A DNA stretch of 64,000 bases from contig CM119371.1 of NCBI GenBank assembly GCA_051294905.1, positions 29,328,001 through 29,392,000 on the forward strand. The letters are read 5' to 3'. The position numbers were made by a program, and so were the translations under genes. Below, in pieces: positions 12,198 to 26,514 of this stretch. The notes beneath the pieces were generated by a model, which did no database searches, was not told the DNA's origin, and saw nothing but the letters and a program-made list of their open reading frames with translations. This DNA is from Botryllus schlosseri. Its lineage: Eukaryota. The stretch's first letter is position 1, and each line of letters opens with the position of its first letter.

Positions 12198-15100
12198 ATG
12201 ATTGATGCCAGTTCTGTTGGTCTGCTGCGGTATCTATCGACCATTATCATACTCGTTTCGGGCACTCTATATGCTGAGGAATTAGTTGCAAAAGTCGCGG
12301 GAGATGTTGAGATTCAATGTCCCCCGACGTCTTGCAAGTACAGAAGAAGCTACGGTAACTCCTCTCAAGTAAGTTTACTGATAGAGTCAGCAAGAAAGCT
12401 ATGAAACTATGCTTTAAAACAGGACAGAGATCGCGGAAACGGTATCAATGGTACATTCTTGATGACAAATGTCACATTTCAAGACTCTGGCACTTACGAA
12501 TGTTTGGATGACACCGGAAATGTTACAAGGGAGATACGGCTGACAGTTGGTGGTGAGTACGGGTATATTGCCATTGACAGTAGGCTACGTTATAAACGAA
12601 AATCGTGTGTCCGACCGATCCCAATATCAAGAACTATGTATATAGTAGGATCACATCAAACACTGCATATGCAAATGCAATGCTGAATAGACGAATTCCA
12701 AATTCTTTCAGATGTTCCCGATGTACCGTCCGGGACTTTGTCGCTGCGGACTGAGCCGTTTCTAAAATACATGGACTGCTGCTGGAATGTCTCCCGCTGT
12801 ACCGGACTTGATACCGTTTATTCGTTGCACTACGTTAAACTGTGAGTCCGCCGCAAGCACTTTTTACTAATCAACTTCTATAGATTGCTAGCGAGCTAGG
12901 TTGTTATGCTAATATATTTACCGATTGTATAAATGATCTCTATAGGGATGGTGGATATTGTAGCGGATATCCTGAATGGGTTAGTTTCGGCAAGAAATGC
13001 TTAACTAGAGAGAAGTTCTTTTTAATCAGTTCGAATTCAAGTGTGAATATTCCAGTGCGATTCGAATTGCTGTGATTTTATTTTCCCAGTCCTGGTTATT
13101 GTTATCGCCACGACATTTGTGCATAATTGTTTGCCTTTTGCAAATCAGTTGCGCTCCTGTAGCATAGTACTGTCGAAGACTTGCGTCCTAGAATAAGGTG
13201 ACACGGCCTAGCTCCAAAACGAGCTTGAAAAGAAGATGACATGTGTGTGTATTTTACGCCGCTATACGTGTATATCGTCGAAAACATAGCGCGCACTGGT
13301 ATGAAAGTTCAAATTCCAAGATATTTGCGTGGTGATTTTTTTGGAAATCACCCGTGTACCACCCACGAACATTTGCCCGTAACGAGAAGTCTCAGTGTCT
13401 ATCATTACTGGCACAGCGGTCTATGCAAATACAATCTAATTACGCTCCTTGAATACATTCCGGTAAAGCATAGAATTATTTGCGCTGTTTGATGGAAACA
13501 GAAATTACGGCAGTTTGAAGAATTTCGTATCACTCACATATATCTGCTTGACGAATTGCTGGAGATGTACCGTGTCGTACGTTTTTTCGCCATTCAAAAT
13601 CCGCGTGTCAACAACGCAGTATACCAGGCCTGCTGGACTTCGATATCAAATAAATTTTGAATCCGTTAAATGCGGAGCAGATTTATCATTTTACAGCATC
13701 GAACTTTGTTCATCCTTAAAGAGAGTGCTCCCAATCTCTACTCAGATGTTGACTGCTATTCCTACTCAACGTGTTTTCCTATCGATACTCGAAAAGGGAT
13801 TTGGTTTACAATTATTTGTAGAGGAATTCGATTGTCGCTAACACGTAATACGTAATGTGATTGCGTCATAGATAATTCGCCATCATACTTGGAAGGTAGG
13901 AAATTCTGTAGTAGGGTTTCGTGGATTAGAACAACGACAATCATTTGTGATAACAATATATATCCTGTGTAATAGTAATGACGTCACGGAGTATATCATC
14001 GAAATTGACTATGCTTGACGCGTTATATCTTGCATATTTAACAAACCCTCAGTAATCAATCAATAGTATGCTGCCGGCAGTTATCAGGGCCCGGACGACT
14101 ATCTTAGCAAACGGAAACTGCACCCACTGACTGTGCAAGGAGACATAGCCATCACTGTGACGGGACATGGCTCGGTAGTTCTGAGGCCTTTTCCGTGTAT
14201 GAGCCATGCTGTGAATTTGTGTGATTGGCATGTAAAATGCAATAGCGATAAAGATATGTTTATCAGAAATTGTGCATGTGCATTGTGCAGGTGCACTGTG
14301 CAGGCTTAAAATTATCTTGGCAGAAAACTACGAATGTTACGCGTTAGGCAGGTACAGTACACCGCTAAATATGAGTATTGAATATCTTTCCCAAGCGTAA
14401 TCCATTTTTCAGGGTTTCAGTTCTTCAGCTTCTTCAGTAATTTATAATACTACCGATTACAGACTCCATTGCAGATGAGACATATCACGGGCGAAGTAAA
14501 AACGAAATGATAGCTCACAAACTTTTATGTCAGTCGATCAAGTCTTGTATTATCAGAAATTATGAGTAACGAAGTACATCTACTTTGAAGGAGTAGTCAA
14601 TTCCTTTTTTTTCAATTTGCGGGACTTAATCGAGTAACTCTTACATCCCGCTACTTCTAAGTCTTCTTCGCCATATTTTGCGACTTACTCACTTTTTGCT
14701 CGTAACAGTTTGTCAGTAGAAGTATTATGTTTATTTCAGTGAGAGGGCGACAGAGAGAGTAGGAAAAAATCAGGAAAAAGGTGGGGCTGTTTTCACGGAG
14801 AGTGTGTTCTCGTCAGTACTTTACGTTTACCTCACGTGATCTCCAGTGCGCTCAAACCTAGAATTCGACCAACTCAGAAGAGCATCGTTGTCAACGATGC
14901 AATTGAAATTATAATGTCGATTGAGGTTACGTAATGATGTGTTTGTCGCAAGTTTAGCCTTGACAGGTGATGATTACATGGGTTTCCACGTTACATACCA
15001 CCACCACCATACCTGCATGCTACTGCGATAGCGGATTTTTAAAACATTTACGTTCCGCAATAGCTTATGGTACTAAAGCAATAACCAAGCTATCCTTGGC

Positions 15101-18100
15101 TAACTAATAGCGAGCGACGTTGGAATGACCTGTCCGAAAAAAAACCTTCGTCAATACTTATGCCAGATTGCCAGTCATTGTCGCAATGATATATAACAAC
15201 GCATAACGTTTGCAAGGCCCTGTTGAATTCACCATGCTTTGATGGAGCCTTCGCTGGAACTTGTTTAAACATTCCATAAACCGCAGCCGTTTGCCCTTGA
15301 GCGTACCGCAGATATTTGTGTGAAGCATTTAGTTTTGTACTCGGTCTCGTTATTGAAGTGATCCTCGGACAAAACCACTTACCGAGCCTCGTAGAATTAA
15401 CGACGTACGGCATATCGACTGTTGTCATGTCATGCACCGTAAACGAAAATGGTGAATTCGGTCGATTACCACGATACCGTATTGGGTGTAAATCTGGTCA
15501 ATGCCGCTTTGATTATCGCCGATATCATGCTATATATATGGTATGATGAAGACTTGGAGAACTCGATGATTCTAGTTGTGTAATTAAACCAACTATAGCG
15601 AAATGCCGGTAATCTAATTATAATCTGATTTGTGAAATGTTTCCACGCTCTAATGTAATTTTTGGTTTTCCTGAAAATGTTACAGGAGAACTAGGCCTAC
15701 CTATAGCTCCAAACGAGCCAAGCTTGGTGAATAGACATTGGCTATTTTCACGCTTTTAAGAATGAACTCACAATTGATATGAATTGAACTTGATTATTCC
15801 TACATTTCTTATGCGGATTCAGTATATTCAATTCTAATCTAATTAGGAAACATATTGTGTGGCCATTATACTAATTTTAATCCGATTTAGAAAATCTGAC
15901 AATTTTATAGTTTTCCGACACTGGTGCGATATTTACAAACGGACGCTAATGAAGCTGGTGAAATAATAATAAACATGTTGATTGGAATGTTGGATATAAA
16001 CTGGAACACTGAGAAAGTCCGCATCGTTTCGCCTAGATCCCGACAACAACAAAAATAATTCCGCGTACAACAACACTACCTCCACGGTAGACAATTTCAT
16101 TTCCACAAGCATGCTTATTCAGCTGAGAGCAATTCTTGGATCAGGTGGTTATATTTAGCGCAGTGTTGATTACCACGGTAATTATTTCCACAAAACAACG
16201 TCTCCTACGTGGATAATACGATGCGGCGAGACAAAGCTTGTTAGCAAATCACCTAAAAATAGCGTGAGTCAGAACATGGAAGGAATCGATTATGGCTTGT
16301 AAATATACACGAAGCGATGTATTTTGAGACCTGGTATGCATATTCGAAACATGATATCTACCGGCGGTTGAAAATCCGAGTTCTGTACGACGACATATTC
16401 CTTTCGAGTTTCACTCATTATATAGTGATGAAGTTGCACCTCACGGACTCGTGAGACGATTTGCTTTTTCAAACTACACCGACTGCAACAATATGAAGTG
16501 AAAGGCGTACAATACGATAATAGTAAGAGACACTTGGTAGTAAAGTACTTTAACAATTGAATAATTGAATTCTTCTAGAATCTAGATATATAGGTTTCAA
16601 TATAAAGACGCGGTACTGGTCCCTAGTTTTGATACGCTATTATTAGGTCCGCAACACGGGGATCGCCATGAATTTTACAGTTAAAAAGGTTGTTGTAAAA
16701 AGATAAAACTCGCAAAGTCTTTGGTACATGTATTGCATAATTGAATATTTTCGGGTTACTATCGCAAATTGAACTAGAAGCATTGCAATCATTTAGCACG
16801 GGCACGGGACGCTTTTAACCTCTCCTAAAGAACTTTCGCGGTGATACGGCTGCTAAATTCTGGCGTGATACGATGTCGATTAGGGAGCGATCCAAATCTT
16901 GTTCTGAATGAGAGTTTCCCCTATAAATCCACGCCACGAAATCATTTCATACCACAGCATTCTCCACCTGAAGCCATATCACGGACAGATTTCGCAAAAT
17001 TCTATAGTCCAAATCAGATCCGAGATTGTAATTCCCGAACACAAGCCCGAATCGAATTCCACTCCGCTGTATCGAATATAGCGTGTCACAAAGTGCTGTT
17101 TTTATTAATTAATGAGACATCGCCTATGTTTAGATTGGTTATGCCCATGCAATGGACACACGAAATAGGCGAAAATACGTGCCACAACCGGATAAACGCA
17201 ACCGACTGCGTACCCGGAGATGCCTTATCGATGCAGTGCTGTCGGATACCGATTAGAGACCCTGAAAATTCTCCACGAGAAAGCGAATTCGTATCGTTCG
17301 AAGTAACACTGGTTTCGAGTAATGCTTTGGGACACCGCACCTGGAACGATTCGACTCTGCGGTATTCCCCAAACACTTACAGTAAGTGCATTTTCTATTC
17401 ATTGGCGTCATGACAAATATATAGTTTTTTCCCCGCACATTTAATTTCTTCACTAGTGCTGATCGCATAATTAGTGTTGTTGCTCACTGCTCATATTAGT
17501 CATAGATGCTACTGAATTCAAATTGGGACTGTAGTCACCAATGTTTACCTGATTTAAGTACCAGTAGCGATTTCAGAGAAGTTTCAAACGTACTTCGATT
17601 CGTGTAGGATTGGAGCAAGGATTGAAAAGTAATCAGAAAGTACTACAAATTTCCTTTGAAAAGTACTTCTAAACCTTGTTGCTTTAGAAATTGTACATGA
17701 AACTGATTCATCATAAATCAAAGCCATGATAGTAGTACAAGTACATTGTAATTCGAAAACTTTCCCCCATTATTGGTACTATATTAATTCCTATACTCAT
17801 TGACAATCCCGTATATAGCCAAGCACCATGCATTCAGTCTTGTGTGACATGCACGCACAGACAGCTCAATAAAAACCACATATTTCTGAATAAATAAATG
17901 CAGGCTGGCTCTATTGATATTATAATGCCAGTCAAAGGCATTATGTTGAGAGTAACGGGCATACCCAAGCAATCTTATGTCAGATCTGGCTGTTGATGGA
18001 AATATAACCACATCGAAAATGTAAGAGAAAATGGAATCCTGTAGATGAAGTGCTGGTATTCATAACCATGGGTCCATTCTAATGCGGCTGAGAGGTTCTG

Positions 18101-21100
18101 AATCCTGTGTGGGGAGTAGAATATTTGATAACTTGAAAATTCACAATAAAAAGTATCTCCTAGTAATGCGTCCTTCCACATTTCCCATACATCGAGTGCA
18201 AGTCAAGTCAATAAACAAACGTGACTCTTGCCAGCTCAGCATTGCTGGATGAAACCGACACTTGTATGCTTGCAGTGATCCCACCAATGCCGCTTAATCT
18301 CCGTGCTAACTTGTCATCCAACGGCACGGTCAATATCGCAACCTTCCATTGGGACAGACCGAATATAATCGATATGCGACTGGAATACTACGTGCGTTAC
18401 AGAAAATCAGACGGAGGCTGGATAGTAAGTTTATTATATCTAGTAATCGGTAGAACATAGCTGCAAGTTAACCGTATACCAATTCGCTTTAGGAACTGGA
18501 GCCAATGCCTACCTTAACGAAGATTTTATATCTTGATTTGTCATTCGGCGATATCCAGGTTCAAGTCAGAGCCAAACCTGATGATCTTAAGTATGGCAGT
18601 TACAAAGGAGATTGGTCGAAAGTCGCCAGCGCAACTCTACAATCTAAAGGTGTGTATAATGTGACGTTGGCGTATAAAATATAACGTCTATAACGGATAT
18701 AAGCATATACCGGATCAGTATTATGGATTGAAACCAGGCGGCAATACGTCAAGTTAATCAGAGACCGGCCAAGATGAAGTGAAGTGATTTGCTGATATAA
18801 TATTACAGTGGGTCAAGGTAGCTAGAGTTGTTACTCAAGCAGAAGTAGGAAGATATCTCAAAACTACTGCAAGTGGAAGTTGAAAATAAAAGGCCTGTAT
18901 AGTACTCAAGTAATATTTTCAAAGGATAGCTTTGGATATGCACCCGCATACTTTTAGCAAATAATCGGAGACAGCTACTTTCGTGAATCCTAGGTGTATC
19001 TTCGCGATGAACACAAAATGGATAATGAATAAACTACGTATGGGTAGGGTTTTCAAAAAGATTGTAAGTTACCGTGATTCGTATGCTATTTCACTTGATT
19101 CGAATGACAATTTCACTCATAGACTACTGTCTACTCCCAAATCCAAATTGTAAAGGGAATGTAGTTTCTCTAAAATCTGTCCAAGTACAAGTGGAATTAT
19201 CGTCAAAACATATCCTTTTCAATAAGTAGTTCAAGCAGCCCAAACTGACTTGAGTACTCCGAAAGAGTACAAAAACTCCGTTTCTAACCACATACCCATA
19301 CGTCTTGTATCCTGCGCAGTTGAAGTGCCTTCTTTACGGCAAGATAACTTTTTCTTTACATGAAAAACATTCCTAGATCCCACCGTACCCTTCAATTTCT
19401 ACGAAGTCATCTGCGACTCAACACCAGCCAACGGCAACATCACTATCACCGCCAAGTGGATTTCTCAATACCGAAAGTCAAATCCCAACATACGATACGA
19501 GTTTTCGTTCGATTACGAAAACGGCACGCGTATCTGCGAGGTACTAAGCCTGCGATTACAAGAGGCCGAAGGATCGCTATAATTCTTGCTCGTTTTTAGG
19601 ATGAAATTGTAGAACCATTTCGGGTTTCGTACTCAAAAACTATCCCAAATGTCAATTGTATCGACTTCAACGGCCGCTATTGCAACGCACTCGGTTGCTC
19701 TCCTGACACGAAAGTTCCAATGCGGCCAACACTTGGTAAGTATAGCTTGCTCTACACATTGTGAATAGATTGGGGGAAAATAGGTGTATTCACAAGATAT
19801 CCAAAATAGCGTATTGTGCAAATCAAGTCATCGGTAATTACAAGTAGTAAATTTTGCTTTCAAGCCAATCATGATGGGCGAAGTGATTCAAATACACCAA
19901 TCTTTATGAAGATTTATGCCGAGCGTTATGTGGTTATGATTTCTGTTATTTATAATTATACGTAATAGTTTAGAATTTTTAGGCAGGACTGGCCTAGCAT
20001 AGCCTACTTACTTTTTTTAGTTACTTGGAAATCGATAGTTGTACCTGAAGCTGAGTAGACATTTGCTGAGGTGGTCAAAGTATTCACCGTCGCTACTCAA
20101 GTAGAAGTAGAAGTATCTTTGAAAATTCTACTCAAGTAGAAGTAGAAGTGGCGGTTCACAAGTAAGTAAGTAAGTAAGTAGGTTTTCCATGCCTATTTTT
20201 GCCTAAGAAACTGAAAACTGCCAAGTAGAAGTAAAAGTAGTCTGAAATCATAACTACTTAATAAGTAGTGCAAGTAGGCAAAATCTACTTCAAGTACTTA
20301 AAAAAGTTGAAGTACCTAGTTATTGCGACCACCTCTGGACATTTGTGACGTTACTTCTACTGGAGTAACAACGATGACCACTTTGACCACATCTGGTCAA
20401 TATACGCGTTCTATATTAGTTGCGTATATACTTTCAATATATGGATATCTGTCGCCATTTTAGCGCCTGCTTACGAAGCCGTCGTAACGTTGAAGAAAAT
20501 ACACGATGGTCTACTCGCGTCTTGGCAGGGAAGCAATATCGTCTCCAACACGTCACGAAATTGCACCGTGAAGCTTATATCTCTTCGCAGGTAATGACTT
20601 ATTCGTAAATCAACAATTTCGATGACTTTAGAATTGTACAATATCAATTTTGCAGAAGCAACGAATTGATACACACAGTGATGTCTAAATACGAAAACAT
20701 GTCCTGCGAAAACGGCAGACTCAACATCAGCGCGGAAGTCCTGCAGACATGCGCAGAGTATTTATTCACGGTTTCCGCAATTCAAGCAGTGCACGGCGTT
20801 ATATATGCCACGACGCACAGTTCTGAAATCGTCAACATTATCGGTACGAATTGCCAGAGGAAATTCCGTGATTTTACAATAGTTGTATTATTGATTCATA
20901 GATAACAGCGCCTTGGATAGTGCACCTCTGCGCTGGAACGTTACAAATGTGGATCATACGTCGTTTGCTGTATCTTGGGAGCATACCGGGTGGGATAATA
21001 ATAGTGATTTGCAACCTCGCATTGTATATCGGACCACTGATAACGATGCAGATGTCTACTCAAATGTAAGATTCGTTTTTTCTGTGCATGTTTATCGCGT

Positions 21101-24100
21101 GTCATCTTAACGTATGTTCTGCCGCGCAGACGGTGTCACAGACTAAGTAAGCACTAAGTAAGCTTTGCTACTCAAGTAGACGTAGAAGAACGCCCTTAAT
21201 CGTTACCTAATTACAAGTATACTTTAGACGTGGCGATTTTCGAGGCATGTCAAAACTAGTTCCAGTATAAGCTGAAAATGAAGGGTCTGAAAGGTCTCAG
21301 GTAGGCTACTTTCAGAACGTAGATTTCGTCGCGAGGTCGCACGCTTATAGCAGTTAATCGGAGGTCACTACTTTATAAATTGCAAGATGTGTGTTCGTGA
21401 CCAACACAAAAATACTGATGAAACTACGAATAGTTATATCTATCTAGTCACAGGACTATTTCACACGGTTTTTGTGACTATTGCCCTCGTTATTGAAGGT
21501 GATCAGAACTTATCTCAAACTAGTTTGTACTTTTCAAAATCCCAATGGTAAATAGTAAGTATGGTTTTGTTTAAAAGCTGTTCATGTAGAAGTGGAAGTA
21601 GTTTAAAACATAGCCACTTAGAAAGTAATGCAATTATTGAATATTCCGAAGTATTCAGTTTGTTTTTGACCACCTCCAGATCAAAGTAATCAATCAGTTA
21701 TATCCTCAATTATAAGTATAGGAGTAATGTCGTGACATAGTCAATTCTGGTTGTCAAGCGAAATACTTCTGAATTTGATGCGTGTATCGCGGAAATGCCG
21801 AGAAATCCAATAATGTTACCTTTATAATGCAGGTTTTGAAGCCAGAGGATACAAGCTACACTGTCACGGAGCACATTATCCCTAATGCACAGTACCGCGT
21901 GGGGATTTTGAGCTGTTGCGTTGACGCAGCGTTTTCTGTCTCCGGAAAGCCGATGTGCCTAAAAGCGCCAACGAGCGATTTTGATAGCATCACAATCCCT
22001 CAAGGTATGTATAGTGCACCATATTTTCTTAAAATACACTCAACCTCTTACACCACGTGCTATAGTTCTCTCTGACTGACCGCGTGTAACTAAAACGACC
22101 TTGATTTATAGAACGAATGAGAAACAGCTGAGTGAATACAATCTTTATATAGTTTAAAATGCACATCGTGTTGCGGTTTTGAGCTTCAAATCCAAGTTCC
22201 TCATATGTTTTAAAGTCCGAATACATTAATTACTCATATACTCCTTCTGCTGTCGCATCAATGCCTATAATTGTTAATAATTTTTATTTCAAATTGGAAT
22301 CCGAATCCTTACTAATCTAAGGAATATGACTGTATAAATGGATGCAGTGGAACTTGTATCGGCAATTCTTTAGTCGTTACGTGCGTCATTGTTGACATTT
22401 ATACGCCGATGCAGCCCCACTATCACACCTAGACACTCATCCTGTGTATTCCTATTCTGACCAACTCTAATTTACATTCAAAGTGCACTGGCAATATGAA
22501 CTGCACTCGTAGCTGATATACTTGGCACAAATCCCGTAATATTGTGATAGCGGTGTCGGTTTGTTTGCACACATAAGGATTTAGCTCAAGCTATGGTATT
22601 TTATGGAATCTGAACTTAAAATCCCCGATTATCTAATTTAATACGACTGACAAAAATAGAAACTCAATCCGCCGAAACAAAAACAGATTTTAAAAGCATC
22701 ATATGTTTGTGGGATTATCGTCTGCCTGCATTTCAAACATAGCTTGCCACTTTCCCACACCCAATTAGTGGTTCCCAGCCAGACTGGCCCTGGCCGGGCA
22801 ATAAATTGGTAAATTCACCTCATAATATTTACATAGATCAAAGATGTCAGCGTAACTAGTCAAATACAAGTATAATCCCGTTTGGATTCAATTATAGTAC
22901 AATGTAGTGATTTCAAAGACATGCCAAAACTAATTCGAGTAAAAAAAGAAAATGCAGATCTAAAAAGTACTCAAATAGTTTGAATAGTAGATTTGATCGA
23001 TGGGTCGCATACTTTAACAGTTATTCAGAGGCGGAGAGCTTCGAAACTGCAGGGTACACCTTCGTGAATCACGTGAAATGACCAATGACCTTACAAAATA
23101 CGAATGGGTGCAATTTTCGAAAATATATTAAAGGCTTTTCGTCCTGTTGTCATAGCGTGTTTACGAATAAAATCGATCCAAGCGTATCCAAAAATTTGTT
23201 TTTACTTTACAAAATCTAAAGTCGCTGGAGAAGTCTTGTTAAAGACTATTAAACTGATTGGTATTGTCGGCTATCGTTTGAAACACATGCGCCTATGCCG
23301 TTTGTTAGAGCATATATTGCACTGCATAGTGTCGCTTAATAGCACTGTCGGAATTTAACGAGTTTGTTTGAAAGCATCCGTAGCTTTCAAATATGATTTA
23401 TCCGAAACGAGTTTTAGGCTATACTTTTAAATAGTTTCTTATAACACTTGCATCATATTTATGTATACGCCAGTAGACCAGAAACTCTATATTGCAACAC
23501 CACACAACAAATGCGTTCCACACTTCTAAATAAATTTAAGATTTTATGAGCGCCAAACTCCTTGCATTTTGGAATTGAGTTATAAAATTCCAATATATCT
23601 GACCTGCAAGAAACTTACTACAGACCGGCGGTTGAGAACCACTGGTCTAACACATAACCACTGTATTATAGGCCTATACAAGCATTATTTACCTGACGCA
23701 AACCCGTTTGCAATTTAGTACCGTTCGACAAGACCGCTTTCGCGTCCGTCGTGGCCATCGGTTTGGCGTTCGTAATCTTGACTTTTCTGCTGGTTTTCAA
23801 AAAGAGGAAGAGGCTCAAGCCGCTGCTTTTGGGCGCGACCGAAAGGCGGATACCGTCGCCGAACATATTCATCGCTCTGGATAGAGAAGCCGTATTTCGT
23901 CCGGCGTTAGAACCGCGGTTGGCCGAAACCGAGTCGGAATATCGGCGGAGCTATGCTGAGAATACATGGTAAACGACATTGATGAGTGTGCTGAGTCTGT
24001 TTGTGAAGAAACAGGTTGGAATAAGTTGGCCTGAGTTGAAATGGCGATTGCTGCTAAACTATAGATTGGGATTAGTAATCGCTATCAAGAATAGAACGTA

Positions 24101-26514
24101 GTAGTCTATATTTTTGTCCTTGAAGTATTTTTCGGCATATATACATCGATTCATGATCTACACACGATGTCTGCATAAGCATACGCATACCACGAATGTA
24201 TGGTGTACAATGTACAATGTACATATGCCACTGGACAAGGAAGGTGCAGATATAGCATCGTAAGGCTTTCTAAGTCTTGTACCATCCCTCCATGCTATCC
24301 CGGTAATGCTGAGCGCCAGCGAGTAAGCCATGGATACCATTGTTACTAATCAGCTCTTTGGTCTGACCCGGGCGGATGCTCCACCAGAATGTCATAATGT
24401 AGATTCTAGAATCTAGATGAAATGGAAATAATGCAAGGAGTTGTAATGACTCGTTAGGGTACATCAAACCAACTTCTACCTTGTGGAACGTCTTAGGACT
24501 TCGTGATTTGATGTAACGTTTACACAGAGGTGGTCAGAAACGAATTATTTCTAGTATTCGAAGTATTGTGTAGCGTAGAGTAGTTTTTGCATACATAAAC
24601 CATTTACCCAAGATGTTTAGGCTTTTAGACTATAACTCCACATCGAGGTAACAGTATTGGGCGATTTTTTTTCACCTTGGATTTAGTTGAGAAGAATTAA
24701 AGTAGTTTTTTAAGATATGCTTGCATCGCCTTTGCGAGTGAAATTGTCGTGACAACAGGCCGGAATAGCCCGTGTATCACGACAGCTGAATGTATAATGT
24801 GAATTGCTCACACTTTTAATGTCATTGATCATTTCGCGTTGGTCGCTGAAATGCACCCTATGCGATTTTTAAGTCCCACCTCCGATTAACTATACTAAAG
24901 GTACGCGACACGACCATACCGAATCTAGTTTTTAAAACTACTTACTCGAGAAGATTCCATTTTCTATTTTCATTTCATGAAATTGTTTCGACAGGCCTTA
25001 TAAATTGATATTCCCACTTGTAGTTGAATGAAACATTACGGCGTTATTTCTACTTCCATTTGAGTAGCAGCGCTGACTACTTTTACCATACTCGCTTGTA
25101 ACCTATGCATGAATTTGAGTCATAAACAGCATCGTATGCGCCTTTGCCTACCGCCAAATCTTAGACTTGAAGGACAATACTTCTCAAAGAATCTCTGACG
25201 TTAGTCCGTACATAAAATATGGGCCTACTTCGCGCCCCAACCTTCCGATATTCGAATAACGTATTGCAATTTTCATTCTGGCGACGCCTTCAATAACACT
25301 CGGATTTGAACTTTGCTTTGGGTTTGATAGATCTTTCCTGATCTGAAAAACTTTAAATCCTCGAATTGACTAGATAGAATTTGAATACAATAACCTGACT
25401 CGTTTACGATTAGCGACCTCTTAAAATAGCGGTCATATAAATACGCACTCTAATAGCCTGCGCATTGCTTAGTGTTGGCGCGGAAAGTTTTTCCGAGTTC
25501 CAGCAGCCACTGATAGACGATACGGACGGCGACGACATTTTGGACTACGCTGTAGCGATAGGGGAGGACTCGACAAATAACAACAATGACCATGATGAAG
25601 ATAAAGGTATGTTTAATAAAAGTCCATCTGAGTTCGTATAACCAGAGTCGGTCAGTAACATATACTTTTTTCTTATCTGGAGTACCCAAGTAAATTATGT
25701 GTACTCTGCAGTCTATATAGTACTTACTCACGTTGCTATGTTTTAGGCCACTTTCACCTGTACGTAACGTTTTATATTCAAAACTACTTACTACATCACG
25801 CTTTTGGATTTTGTAAAATAGAAAGAAGTTTTTGGTTAAGTTGGCATCAGTTTGACTAATAAAATTACCATAAAAATAGTCCATGTATCACGGTTACTGA
25901 ATTCATTGTCGAAGATTGTATCAATTTGTAGTGTCATTGGTTATCTTGCGTGTGTCGCATGGATTGCATCTTACAATTCCGAAGTAGCGACCTCAGATTA
26001 ACTACTAAGCGTATGTCAAATCAGACCAAATCTACGCCTTGAAACTATACTTGAGTATTTCTTCGGAGTTCTTTTAACCTCAGCTTGAAGTAGTTACGGC
26101 ATTTCATGGGGATTACTAGTTCTACATATATACAGAATGCAACATACAACTTGTGCTTGAGAAAGCAGCACTGAGAACTTTGGCCATTTCTGTAATCGTA
26201 TCCACAATTACCACGTATTTCTTCGAACAGATTATGACCAGGACTATCCTCAAATCGTCCCAATGAAATCCGCATCGCCAGAAGATCACACCCACACCAC
26301 ACTCACACCATTACAGGATACAAGCAACGATGATCTTGACTCTCTAGCCAACGAGACACTGACGACGTCCTCCAGACAATATTTATCAGAACCAGATTAC
26401 GCTTGTTCATACGCGATAGTTCCAGGGTATTTGTCTTGCACGTCACCCGACGAGGTTGCGGGAATCCACAGCAGCGTGGATACACTGACAGAGTACGCGA
26501 CGTTCGGGATTTAA
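12198..26514 (+). CDS. gp130/LIFR/domeless-like tall class I cytokine receptor, 15 coding exons, about 867 aa (signal peptide, Ig, cytokine-binding module, 3 FN3, TM, Box1, Tyr-rich tail)
   Basis: Phase-consistent GT-AG exons: 12198-12368, 12423-12552, 12712-12841, 17134-17381, 18276-18424, 18493-18649, 19377-19540, 19600-19735, 20464-20590, 20656-20843, 20902-21065, 21833-22004, 23719-23968, 25473-25606, 26231-26514 (2604 nt). Motifs: DSGTYEC (Ig), DCCW, VSSNALG, WDRP..LEYYVRYR, VQVRAKP..YKGDWS, CNALGCS, TM AFASVVAIGLAFVILTFLLVF followed by KKRKR, Box1-like IPSP. The exon 3/4 junction is the least certain. Confidence 0.85.
20066..20337. mobile_element. hAT-like MITE with AAGTA/TACTCAAGTA subterminal repeats (intronic)
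   Basis: TIR CTGAGGTGGTC / GACCACCTCTG; perfect TSD GACATTTG. Related diverged copies at about 14490-14730, 17530-17780, 18806-19290, 21127-21678, 22850-23330, 24525-25095, 25640-26070, 61659 and 63724. Confidence 0.85.

Noticed and set aside
16841..17413. 190-aa ORF as a stand-alone gene
   Set aside because: Only 17134-17381 is a receptor exon; the rest is open intronic frame.
23966..23972. TGG TAA stop at the end of the TM exon suggesting a truncated receptor
   Set aside because: The TAA is part of the GTAAAC donor and downstream exons continue in phase; an intron-retention isoform is unsupported without reads.
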